Below, one piece after another: positions 18,383 through 27,834 of a stretch of DNA of 32,000 nt. This DNA is from Nanobdella aerobiophila (lineage in GTDB: Archaea; Nanobdellota; Nanobdellia; Nanobdellales; Nanobdellaceae), in assembly GCF_023169545.1 (NCBI RefSeq), contig NZ_AP019769.1, forward strand, positions 210,001-242,000. The letters run 5' to 3'. The notes below the pieces were generated by a model. The model had not been told where the DNA came from. It did no database searches and saw only the letters and a list, made by a program, of their open reading frames with translations. Each line of letters begins with the position of its first letter. The first letter of the stretch is position 1. Both the position numbers and the translations under genes were made by a program.

Positions 18383-19547
18383 ATGGGTTATATCTATATG
18401 TTTGATAATTTGGATTTTACTGTAGGAGTATATAGAGCATTAGTTAGTCTTTTATATTTAAAAGATTATGAATTATATATTCCTCGAAATACAAAATATA
18501 TACAAATAGAAAATACTAAAAAATTATTAGAAGAGGAAATAAAAGATAAAATAATTGAAATATTAAAGTCTGCGAATGTTTTACCACCTATTCCAAAGAA
18601 AAAAATGTTAAAAATCTTCTATTATAAAAAGCTTAGTAAGATATTTAGTGAACCAATTTATTATCCAGGAGAGAATTTTTTATTTAGAGAATATTATTTT
18701 AACGAAAAATTACAATTAATGCAACTTTTACCAGGTGTTGGTTCTTATATATATGAAAAAAATAGCAAATTTTATAATTTACTTCAAAATGTTAAACTTA
18801 ATGATTTCTTAATAAACAGAAGTAATAAACTATTAGTTAAATATTTGTATAATTTAATAAAATTGAAAGTATTTAATAATGGAATTTATTTATCTGTGTC
18901 AAAAAGTCATCCATATGAGTTTAAAAGATTAGGAATAAAAAGTAAAATATTTACTATAGATCCTGGAAATGGTATTTTTCATAAAGAATTAGATAATAGT
19001 AAAGATTATGATTTAATTTATATTGGTAGAGCTACACCAGATAAAGGATTTTTAGATTTAATATATATTTTACAATATTTAGATAAAAATATTAATAAAA
19101 AAATAAAGATTATAGTCATAGTAAGAGATAGAACAGAATTATTAGATAAATTATTAAATACAAAATTTAGAAATATTGAGATTATATATTTAAGTAAGAT
19201 TCCTAGAGAAAAATTAAGAGAATTATTGGCTAAGACCAAAATTTTTATTTTTCCATCAAAAGTTGAAGGACTTAGTTTAAGTTATCTTAGAAGCTCTAGA
19301 TAGTGGTACTCCTGTGATAGCATATGGTATTCCATCAATAAGGTATAATTTTAAAGATTTGAAGTCTGTAATAAAAGTACCTACTAATAATTATATTTTA
19401 TTTGCAAAATATATTATTAATTTGTTAGAAAGTGGAGATTTAGAAAAATTATATAGAATTGCCAAAGAAGAAGCTAAATTATTTAATTGGAAGGATGTAT
19501 TTAGAAGTGAAGAAAAGTTAATAAAAAAGGTTATAAAAATTATATAA
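18383..19547 (+). pseudogene. GT4-family glycosyltransferase split by a +1 frameshift at about 19286-19291 (either pseudogene, assembly error or programmed frameshift)
   Basis: ORF 18383..19303 ends ...FIFPSKVEGLSLSYLRSSR*. The next frame reads ...LEALDSGTPVIAYGIPSIRYNFKDL..., so dropping one base restores the canonical GT4 E-x7-E-like motif. Confidence 0.8.
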
Positions 19548-19559
19548 AATTAAATTTAT

Positions 19560-20831
19560 ATGAAAATAGGATTTTTAACATCATTTGGAGTTTTATTTAA
19601 AAGTGGGGGAGGTTCAGATGTAAATGCGAGAAATATATTATTAAATTTAAAAGATTTTGACAATGTTATTTTGTTTCCGTTAATAGATGAAATATTGGAA
19701 AAATTTGAGGATATTTGTAACAATATAAATAAAGTAAAAGAAATAGAGTTGCCATATAGTTTATATAAGATATGCGATAGTAGAAAAAATTATAATTATA
19801 TGGAGATATTAAATATGTTAGTTGAAGATGCAAAAAATGTTGATGTATTTTATGATTCTACAATAAGAATACATAGAAAAAATATATCTAAAAATTTTTT
19901 AAAATATTTACTCAGTAAAAATATACCTTGTGATGATAATTTATGTGTTGAAGGATACTGGATAGCAAAATTAGCGAATAAAAAAATTGTAATAGAACAT
20001 CAGGAAGATATAAAATCATTAAATTATGGTATTAATTTTTTAATTAATGGATTAAGATATAAAATTTATAATCCATTTTATGGTATGGAAAATTATTTAT
20101 ATTTTCTTAAGATGTCAAAAATAGAAAAGATAATAGAAGATCCTTTGGTAAAATATTATCTATTTTTAAGTAAAGGACAATATGAACATTTAAAAATAAA
20201 AAATAATCCAAAAATAAAATTATTAAAATATGGCAATGCATTTGATAAAGAATTATTAAATTATAGAACTAAAAATAAAGAAAATTATATTGTATTTTAT
20301 GCTAGAATGCACTATCATAAAGGAATATATGAATTACCATATATAATTAAAGAATTAAAGAAATATGATAAAGATATTAAGTTAAAAATATTTGGAAAGT
20401 TTTCTATAGAAAAGCAAAAGAAAGATTTCTTTAATTTAATTAAAAAATTTAATTTAGAAAATAATATTGAATATTTAGGATTTATATCTGAAGAAGAAAA
20501 GTATAAGATTGTATCAAAAGCAAAAGTTTTACTATATCCTACTCATTATGATGCATTTTCATTGGTTATACTTGAATCTTTAGCTTTAGGCACTCCCATA
20601 ATATCTTATAATATCCCTACAGTTTATTACATATATAAAGATTTACCAATAGTAAAATTTGTAAAGGAATTTGATATAAAATCTATGGCAAAAGAAATTT
20701 ATAATATCTTAAAATTAGATGATGATAAATATTTTGAATTAATATATAATGAGAAAGTAAATAAATTTTTAGAGGAACATAGTAATTGGAAAAAAGTTGC
20801 TGAAGAAATATATAATTACTTAAAGAATTAA
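19560..20831 (+). CDS. GT4-family glycosyltransferase
   Basis: GVLFKSGGGSDVNARNILLNL, FYARMHYHKGIYELPYIIKELKKYDKDIKLKIFGKF, VLLYPTHYDAFSLVILESLALGTPIISYNIP. Confidence 0.85.
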   Translation: MKIGFLTSFGVLFKSGGGSDVNARNILLNLKDFDNVILFPLIDEILEKFEDICNNINKVKEIELPYSLYKICDSRKNYNYMEILNMLVEDAKNVDVFYDSTIRIHRKNISKNFLKYLLSKNIPCDDNLCVEGYWIAKLANKKIVIEHQEDIKSLNYGINFLINGLRYKIYNPFYGMENYLYFLKMSKIEKIIEDPLVKYYLFLSKGQYEHLKIKNNPKIKLLKYGNAFDKELLNYRTKNKENYIVFYARMHYHKGIYELPYIIKELKKYDKDIKLKIFGKFSIEKQKKDFFNLIKKFNLENNIEYLGFISEEEKYKIVSKAKVLLYPTHYDAFSLVILESLALGTPIISYNIPTVYYIYKDLPIVKFVKEFDIKSMAKEIYNILKLDDDKYFELIYNEKVNKFLEEHSNWKKVAEEIYNYLKN

Positions 20832-21691
20832 ATTATACTACTATATAACTTTATTAGTTTTTCTGCATGGGCTGTCCATGTTAAATTATTTTTAACAATC
20901 CATTCTCTTAGTCCTCTTAATTCTGGAAGTTCTTCATTCTTTATTTTATTAAGTATTATTTCTAATTCCTCAAAATTATTTACTTTATATATTGGTAGTA
21001 TTTCTCCTATTCCATAATTACTCCCTATTATGTATGGAACTTCGCATGCCGTGGCCTCCAACCAAACCATATTAAAACCTGCATATTTAGGTGGTAAAGA
21101 TATAAATATTGATATTTGATTATATAATTTCGGTAATTCTTCATATGGATAGGCCCCACTTTGAATATAGTTTATCTTTAATTTTCTCAATATCTTTATA
21201 ATTTTATCTGAATTATATTTTTGAAATATACCAGCCAAATAATTTTCTCTTTCTATGTTTTCATATCTTTTAAATAAATCTAAATCTACACCATTTGGTA
21301 TATATGTAGTTTCCGGATACTTTTTTAACATTTTTGGAGATATTACTACAACTCTTTTTCCTAATTTTTTTACTATATGATCTTCAAAATATTTTGCCAA
21401 GGGGTTTGCTGGTGATCCATGCAAGGTAACTATTAAGTTTTTTATATTCGCTTTGACAGCTGGATATGCAATCGACCAATCATGGGCATGTATAATGTCA
21501 TATTCTTTACTCCATTTTTCATATAATTCCTTTAATTTTCTATAAGAACTTATAAAACTAGGTAGTTTAAGATCTTCATTTCTAGTTATAACATCTACTT
21601 CTGTTCCTCTCTTTTCCAGTTCTTTCTTTACGTATTCTATATGAATGTTCACACCCCCTATTTTTGCTTTTTCTACAAATAACACTCTCAT
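20828..21691 (-). CDS. GT4-like glycosyltransferase, short (287 aa)
   Basis: VEKAKIGGVNIHIEYVKKELEKRGTEVDVIT, DIIHAHDWSIAYPAV, YIPNGVDLDLF, YEELPKLYNQISIFISLPPKYAGFNMVWLEATACEVPYI. Confidence 0.8.
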   Translation of the reverse strand: MRVLFVEKAKIGGVNIHIEYVKKELEKRGTEVDVITRNEDLKLPSFISSYRKLKELYEKWSKEYDIIHAHDWSIAYPAVKANIKNLIVTLHGSPANPLAKYFEDHIVKKLGKRVVVISPKMLKKYPETTYIPNGVDLDLFKRYENIERENYLAGIFQKYNSDKIIKILRKLKINYIQSGAYPYEELPKLYNQISIFISLPPKYAGFNMVWLEATACEVPYIIGSNYGIGEILPIYKVNNFEELEIILNKIKNEELPELRGLREWIVKNNLTWTAHAEKLIKLYSSII

Positions 21692-22713
21692 TTTATAAAT
21701 CCTTTAATAAATCCTGTTTGATATGCAAGCCTTTTCGTTAATTCCAATATTGGTATATATATTATTCCTAAAAAATCTTTAGATTTAATATAGTATTTAA
21801 TTCCTAAATACAATAAATATAATATTATCAAAGATAATACTAGAATAAATAATTTAATTAAAAATATTGCGGAAAATACTAAAATCAATATTAAAAGCCA
21901 AAATCCTAAGAAAAATATTAATAATTTTTTATATTTTAAAATATTTCCTTGTAAAACATCCCCAATTGCATATTTCTCAAATTTTCTATAAAATTCTTTT
22001 ATATTTCTGGGTACTTTCCAATATACTTTTGCATTTTTATCGAATACAAACTTATAATCTCTATTTAAGACTTCTAGGTGAAATTTTGTATCCTCGCCGG
22101 TAACAAAAATTTCAGGATATCCTCCAATTTTTTCCCATACATATTTAAAATATGCACTAGCCCTAGAGCTTATCCTTGATGGAACTTTATTCTGTTTTTC
22201 AGGATCTTTTATTAACATATATCCGGCAAATTTTTCAAATCTACTATCTTTCATCGTATAGGTTACACCCTGAACAAATTCTCCTTCTTTTATATCCTTT
22301 AATTCTTCAATATTAATTCCTTTATTATTTAAATATTTTACAAAATCTTCTTTTTTTATATTAAATTTGTCTAAATGATTTAAAATATATTTTAATAATG
22401 ATTTTGTAATCTCTCGTACATATTCTCTATCATATTTGCATCCAGCATCGGAGGTTACAATTATTATTCCAGAAGAATTTTTTATTGCAACATTTCTCCC
22501 TTTTGCAACATTTGCTCCTTTTTCTTGAATTATTTTTACAAAATCGTATTTTTTTTCATATTCTTTTAGTATTTCATATGTTTTATCTTCAGATCCACCG
22601 TCTACAATTATAATTTCATCAGGTAATAATGTTTGATTCAATATAGATTCCATGAAATCTTTTATAGAATCTTCTTCATTTAGCACAGTAGAAATCAAAG
22701 ATATTATTTTCAT
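21688..22713 (-). CDS. GT2-family glycosyltransferase with C-terminal TM segments
   Basis: IISLISTVLNEEDSIKDFMESILNQTLLPDEIIIVDGGSEDKTYEIL..., KGANVAKGRNVAI, GYPEIFVTGEDTKFHLE, and hydrophobic helices near the C-terminus. Confidence 0.9.
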   Translation of the reverse strand: MKIISLISTVLNEEDSIKDFMESILNQTLLPDEIIIVDGGSEDKTYEILKEYEKKYDFVKIIQEKGANVAKGRNVAIKNSSGIIIVTSDAGCKYDREYVREITKSLLKYILNHLDKFNIKKEDFVKYLNNKGINIEELKDIKEGEFVQGVTYTMKDSRFEKFAGYMLIKDPEKQNKVPSRISSRASAYFKYVWEKIGGYPEIFVTGEDTKFHLEVLNRDYKFVFDKNAKVYWKVPRNIKEFYRKFEKYAIGDVLQGNILKYKKLLIFFLGFWLLILILVFSAIFLIKLFILVLSLIILYLLYLGIKYYIKSKDFLGIIYIPILELTKRLAYQTGFIKGFIK

Positions 22714-23789
22714 AAATAATATTTTTTTATAATTTTTATAATCTTTTTTGATACTCCTGGTTTTCCGTATGGATTTTCATAATTTTTATTATACCTCTCT
22801 TCTAGGAATTCATTTATTTTTTTCATAGTCTCTTTAATATTTAATTTAGATAAATAGTTTATTCCAGTATATAATCCTTCGGTTCTTTCAGTTTTCATCC
22901 TCAGTAATATGGAAGGTATTCTAAATATTATGCTCTCTTCCTGTATACTTCCTCCATCTGTTAATAATATCCTTGATTTAGATAAGTATCTTATAAATGT
23001 TATATAGTCCGTAGGATTGATAATTTCTATATTTTTATTATTTTCTAGATATTTTAATAATTCATATTTCTCTAAAGCTTTTTTTGTATTATCATATAGA
23101 GGCATAATCAACTTGATCTTTTTTGATGTTTCTGCTATTATTTTTATAATCTTTGCCATTCTTAATTTACTCTTCAAATTTTCATGTCTATGTATTGAAA
23201 TCAAGCCATATTCTTCATCAGGAATGTTTATATCTTTTCCTAAGTTATATGCTAATAATGCTGAATCATTAATTGTATTACCGACATTATATATATCTTT
23301 TTTCCATGGAAATTGTTTTTTAATATTTATATAAGATGCTTTCGATACAGGAAATAGTATATTAGAAAAATAATCTGCAATATTTCTTATTATTTCTTCT
23401 GGAAATGGTTCAAAAGGATCCCAAGATCTTAATCCAGCTTCAATATGTACAGTTTTTATTCTTTTTAGAAATCCGGCAAAAGAACCTGAAAAAGTAGCAA
23501 TTGTATCTCCATGTACAATTATAATATCATCTTTATTTAAAGTATTTTTTATTATAAAAGATGTCTTTATTCCAAATCTTATTGCTTCTCTTGTATTTAA
23601 TTCAAATCCTTTTCTGGGTTTTATTATATATTTATAATTTATTTTATCTTTTATATCAAATTTTTCTAATATATAATCAACATCATGTTGTCCCGTGAAT
23701 AATACTTCATACTCTAAATCCTTGCATTCTATTATTAAAGGTATCATCTTAATTAATTCAGCTCTGGTACCTATTATAACTTTTATCAT
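22710..23789 (-). CDS. wecB: UDP-N-acetylglucosamine 2-epimerase
   Basis: VIIGTRAELIKMIPLI, IIVHGDTIATFSGSFAGFLKRIKTVHIEAGLRSWDPFEPFPEEIIRNIADYFS, ILLTDGGSIQEESIIFRIPSILLR. Confidence 0.9.
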   Translation of the reverse strand: MIKVIIGTRAELIKMIPLIIECKDLEYEVLFTGQHDVDYILEKFDIKDKINYKYIIKPRKGFELNTREAIRFGIKTSFIIKNTLNKDDIIIVHGDTIATFSGSFAGFLKRIKTVHIEAGLRSWDPFEPFPEEIIRNIADYFSNILFPVSKASYINIKKQFPWKKDIYNVGNTINDSALLAYNLGKDINIPDEEYGLISIHRHENLKSKLRMAKIIKIIAETSKKIKLIMPLYDNTKKALEKYELLKYLENNKNIEIINPTDYITFIRYLSKSRILLTDGGSIQEESIIFRIPSILLRMKTERTEGLYTGINYLSKLNIKETMKKINEFLEERYNKNYENPYGKPGVSKKIIKIIKKYYL

Positions 23790-23828
23790 TAAACATATAC
23801 TTTAAATAAGTATTTATAATTATATTTT

Positions 23829-24914
23829 ATGAAGAAAGTAATAATAGAATTTCCCTGGAATTTTATAGATTCACAGTATTATAAAAATCTAATAAATTAT
23901 CCGCCGCAAGGATTTATATATTTAAATAAGATAAATAGGGAATTATTGATAACAAATCCAAAAAAGTTTTCTAGTTATGTAAAATTAAAAGAGGTTGGTA
24001 GGAGAATATTACAAAAAACGAATATATCTATACCAATTATAAAATTTAATAAGTACAATACTGATATTGTTCATTGCGCTAGATGTTTTTCATTAAGAAA
24101 TAATTATGTAGTAGATGTCGAAATATATTATTCTTTAGTATATGATATGAGTGATTTATCATCTAGAAGGCCATATTTGAATGTAGTAAGGAATTTGTTA
24201 ACAAGGGATAATTGTAAAAGAATACTTCCGTGGACATATGCATCATACAATACATTTCCAAAGGAAATAAGAGAAAACAAAAAAATTAGAGAAAAGATAG
24301 ATATATTATATCCGGCAGTGCCGGAGCATAAAATAAAAAGCATAAAACATGAAAAAATAACTTTACTACATATAGGACGATATTTTTATGGGAAAGGAGG
24401 ATTATATATATTGGAATTATATAGGAAGCTAAAAGAAAAATATGATATAGAAACCATATTGATTTCTTTAACAATTCCAGATATATTAGTTAAGAAATAT
24501 GGAAAATATGGAATAAAGATATATAAATCTGTATCTGCGGATAAATTATATAGTAACATTTTTCCTTCTACCGATATCTTTACTTATGGAAGTTTTTCTG
24601 AAACATTTGGATTTGCAATGGTAGAAGCTTTATCTTATAAAATTCCTATAATAACTTATGATGGATTTTCAAAAAAAGAAATAATAGATGAGGGAAAAAA
24701 TGGATATATAATACCCGTAAAGGAAAATTATAGTATATATAAAGTTAATGAAGAATTATTAAATCAATTTTATGAAAAAACAGTAGAATTAATAGAGAAT
24801 CCCTCATTGTTAAAAGAATTTTCTAGAAATGCATATAAAAAGTATAAGGAAAGATTTTCTATAGAAGTTAGGAATAAAAAATTAAAGGAAATATATGAAG
24901 AAAGTATAGATTAA
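23829..24914 (+). CDS. GT4-family glycosyltransferase
   Basis: ITLLHIGRYFYGKGGLYILELYRKLKEKYDIETILIS and DIFTYGSFSETFGFAMVEALSYKIPIITYDGFSKKEIIDEGKNGYIIPV. Confidence 0.82.
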   Translation: MKKVIIEFPWNFIDSQYYKNLINYPPQGFIYLNKINRELLITNPKKFSSYVKLKEVGRRILQKTNISIPIIKFNKYNTDIVHCARCFSLRNNYVVDVEIYYSLVYDMSDLSSRRPYLNVVRNLLTRDNCKRILPWTYASYNTFPKEIRENKKIREKIDILYPAVPEHKIKSIKHEKITLLHIGRYFYGKGGLYILELYRKLKEKYDIETILISLTIPDILVKKYGKYGIKIYKSVSADKLYSNIFPSTDIFTYGSFSETFGFAMVEALSYKIPIITYDGFSKKEIIDEGKNGYIIPVKENYSIYKVNEELLNQFYEKTVELIENPSLLKEFSRNAYKKYKERFSIEVRNKKLKEIYEESID

Positions 24915-26449
24915 TATTTTTCATAGCCCTTTACAATAGGATTATCTATTGTATATTTAGTTAATATTTTTACTGCATTATTTTCTATTTGTTTCTTTAT
25001 CATTGGGAATGGTATAACTTCTTTTATACTATTAATATTATTTATTAACATTATTACCCTATCGATTCCTAAACCCATACCACCCGCTGGTGGCATTCCA
25101 TACATTAATGCTTCTATAAAATCCTGGTCATATAAATGTGCTTCCTCAAATCCTAACTCTCTCATTTTCGATTGTTCTAATAATAGTTTATTTTGTAATA
25201 TAGGATCATTTAATTCAGAATATATATTATTTATTTCTACACCCAATATATATCCTTCTGCTCTTTCGACTAATGTAGGATCTTTTCTACTTATCTTACA
25301 TAAAGGTGTAGATTCTTTTGGATGCTCTATAATATATGTAGGTTCAATTAATTTCTTTTCTACTAGATTTTCAAATAATGCAGTAATTGCTAATCCTCTA
25401 TTATACTCATTTAATTCTAATTTTATATTATAATTATTTAATTCTTCCTCTAGCTCTTTATCGGATAATTTATCAACATCAATATTTGTATATTCTTTTA
25501 TAGCTTCTTTCATTGTTAACCTTTTCCAAGGTGGTTTTAATGATATTTTTTTATCATTATATTCAATATAATCTTTTCCAATTACATCTTTTGCAATTCC
25601 ATATACTAATTTTTCTGTAATTTCCATCATTTTATCTCTATCGGAGTATGCTTCATATGCTTCTAGCATAGTAAATTCAGGATTATGAGTTACATCTATA
25701 GATTCGTTTCTAAAATCCGTTGCTATTTCAAATACCTTATCAAATCCACCTACTAAATATCTTTTTAGATATAGTTCTGGTGCTATTCTTAAATACCAAT
25801 CTTCTTTTAAATCATTTACTCTTGTAATGAATGGTTTTGCATTTGCTCCCCCATATATAGGCTGTAATATGGGTGTTTGAACTTCTATATATCCTAAATC
25901 TTCAAAATATTTTCTTATATAATTTAATACTTTAAATCTAATCTTAAATAATTCTTTTACATTATCATTCATTAAAAAATCTAAATATCTCTTTCTATAT
26001 CTCTCTTCTGTATCTGATAAGCCATACCATTGATCTGGTAATGATATTAATGCTTTTGTTAATAATATCCATTCTTCTCCAAATATTGATAATTCTCCTG
26101 CTTTTGTTTTTCCTACTTTTCCATATATACCTATTATATCACCTCTCTGTAAAAAATTAAATGCATCTTCATATCTTTTCGTTATATCATCCTTTAATAC
26201 TATTTGAATTTTATAAGAATCTTCTTTTATATCATAAAAAGATATTTTTCCATGTTTTCTTATAGAGTATATTCTACCAGTAATTTTTACGTATTTATCT
26301 ATATAATTTTCTTGATTCAAAATAATATCTTTTATATCATCTGTTTTTTCAAATTCGTATGGAAATGGGTTATATCCTTTCTCTTTTATTTTTTCTAAAA
26401 TATTTAGTCTGTCAATTATATCTTTTTCTAATCCACTTTCTATATCCAT
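24911..26449 (-). CDS. lysS: Lysyl-tRNA synthetase, class II
   Basis: 512 aa with OB-fold (VKITGRIYSIRKHGKISFYDI), class II motif 2 (FEIATDFRNESIDVTHNPEFTMLEAYEAYSD) and motif 3 (MPPAGGMGLGIDRVIMLI). Confidence 0.95.
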   Translation of the reverse strand: MDIESGLEKDIIDRLNILEKIKEKGYNPFPYEFEKTDDIKDIILNQENYIDKYVKITGRIYSIRKHGKISFYDIKEDSYKIQIVLKDDITKRYEDAFNFLQRGDIIGIYGKVGKTKAGELSIFGEEWILLTKALISLPDQWYGLSDTEERYRKRYLDFLMNDNVKELFKIRFKVLNYIRKYFEDLGYIEVQTPILQPIYGGANAKPFITRVNDLKEDWYLRIAPELYLKRYLVGGFDKVFEIATDFRNESIDVTHNPEFTMLEAYEAYSDRDKMMEITEKLVYGIAKDVIGKDYIEYNDKKISLKPPWKRLTMKEAIKEYTNIDVDKLSDKELEEELNNYNIKLELNEYNRGLAITALFENLVEKKLIEPTYIIEHPKESTPLCKISRKDPTLVERAEGYILGVEINNIYSELNDPILQNKLLLEQSKMRELGFEEAHLYDQDFIEALMYGMPPAGGMGLGIDRVIMLINNINSIKEVIPFPMIKKQIENNAVKILTKYTIDNPIVKGYEKY

Positions 26450-26499
26450 TTTATTTTTATTTTAAATACCTTTAAAAAATTTATATAAAAACCTTTATA

Positions 26500-27231
26500 A
26501 TGATATTATTACATAAAAAGACTGGAAAAAAATTTTATCTAGAAAATAAAGATAAAGATTTTAATACACATTTTGGAATAATAAAAAAAGAAGATTTAAA
26601 TAAAGAACCTGGAAGTATAGTAAAATCACATTTAGGAGAAGAATTTATAATATTTGAAGATAATTTCAATGATATAATTGGATATTTAAAATTAGGTCCT
26701 CAATCCGTACATAAAAAGGATATAGGTCTATTATATTCATTAGTTCCAATTTATTCTGGCATGAAAATTGTAGAAGGAGGAACTGGTTCAGGTATTTTAA
26801 CATCATATTTGGCAAATTCTGTAAAACCTAATGGAAAAGTATATTCATATGAAATTAGAAAAGATTTTTATAAAATTGCCAAGAAAAATTTTGAAAAATT
26901 AAAATTGCTGGATTATATAGAATTAAAATTAAAGGATATTAATAATGGGATTGAAGAAAAAAATGTGGATTTAATAGTATTAGATACTCCAGATCCATGG
27001 AATACATTAAATTTTGCATATGAATCATTAAAAATTGGTGGATATTTAGCATCATTTTTGCCAAATATAACTTCAGTATTAAAATTATTGGATTTAAATG
27101 AAAAATTTTTATTGATAGGTATATATGAGAATTTTGTTAGGAAATGGGAATATGTAAGAGGTAAAGTATTAAGACCGGAAAATTTTGAAATTGTTCATAC
27201 AGAATTTTTAGTATTATTTAGAAGGATATAG
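26500..27231 (+). CDS. trmI: tRNA (adenine-N1)-methyltransferase, TrmI-like
   Basis: VPIYSGMKIVEGGTGSGILTSYLANSVKPNGKVYSYEIRKDFYKIAKKNFE... and VDLIVLDTPDPWNTLNFAYESLKIGGYLASFLPN. Confidence 0.88.
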   Translation: MILLHKKTGKKFYLENKDKDFNTHFGIIKKEDLNKEPGSIVKSHLGEEFIIFEDNFNDIIGYLKLGPQSVHKKDIGLLYSLVPIYSGMKIVEGGTGSGILTSYLANSVKPNGKVYSYEIRKDFYKIAKKNFEKLKLLDYIELKLKDINNGIEEKNVDLIVLDTPDPWNTLNFAYESLKIGGYLASFLPNITSVLKLLDLNEKFLLIGIYENFVRKWEYVRGKVLRPENFEIVHTEFLVLFRRI

Positions 27232-27794
27232 GATTTTATATAATACTCTCTTTCTAATGTATCAAATAAGTTTCTATATTTATATTGATTTATCAATAAA
27301 ATTTTTATATTACCTTTATCTGCATAACTTATTAAATCATCATTAATTAATTTATTAAAGTAATAATCAATTGATTTTTTCGTTGTATATTCAATATTAA
27401 TAATTTTTTCAACAATTTCCTGATAATCTATTACCGAATTATCACTATTATTATATAATAAAAATAGTATAGACATATATTTTGTTCTGCGGTCGAAGTA
27501 TTCGTCTTTTAATTCTGTTTTTATCAAAATTTTTTCATATTCATTGTCTATTACACTATTATCAATTTTAGATAATATATAATATTGATTATTTATTATT
27601 TTAAATATTTTTATTATTCCAATTTTTTCAAATTTGCTTAATGAGTGGAGTATCCTTTCAGATGTTATATTTAGTTTTTTTCTTTCTATTGAAAGAAATT
27701 CATCTAGATTTCCAATTTTTCTATTATTTTTAATACTAAAATTTAAAGAGTCAATTAATATATCCATATCTGATCTTTTTATTTTTTCAGACAT
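27195..27794 (-). CDS. Hypothetical protein, possibly winged-helix-like
   Basis: 199 aa ORF with helix-rich repeats compatible with DNA/RNA-binding helix-turn-helix. Overlaps trmI by 37 bp at the 3' end. Confidence 0.5.
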   Translation of the reverse strand: MSEKIKRSDMDILIDSLNFSIKNNRKIGNLDEFLSIERKKLNITSERILHSLSKFEKIGIIKIFKIINNQYYILSKIDNSVIDNEYEKILIKTELKDEYFDRRTKYMSILFLLYNNSDNSVIDYQEIVEKIINIEYTTKKSIDYYFNKLINDDLISYADKGNIKILLINQYKYRNLFDTLEREYYIKSYILLNNTKNSV

Positions 27795-27834
27795 GAATAA
27801 GAATATAAATATAAAATTTATTAGATTTGTATCG

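Noticed and set aside
21867-23334. Plus-strand ORFs 21867..22103 and 23017..23334
   Set aside because: Antisense to the GT2 and UDP-GlcNAc 2-epimerase genes, with low-complexity Ile/Leu/Phe composition.
27634-27834. N-terminal extension of the endonuclease IV-like ORF
   Set aside because: The extension is antisense to the 27195..27794 gene and does not resemble endonuclease IV, while MVEKLYFGPAGVPLSS at 27835 is a typical N-terminus.
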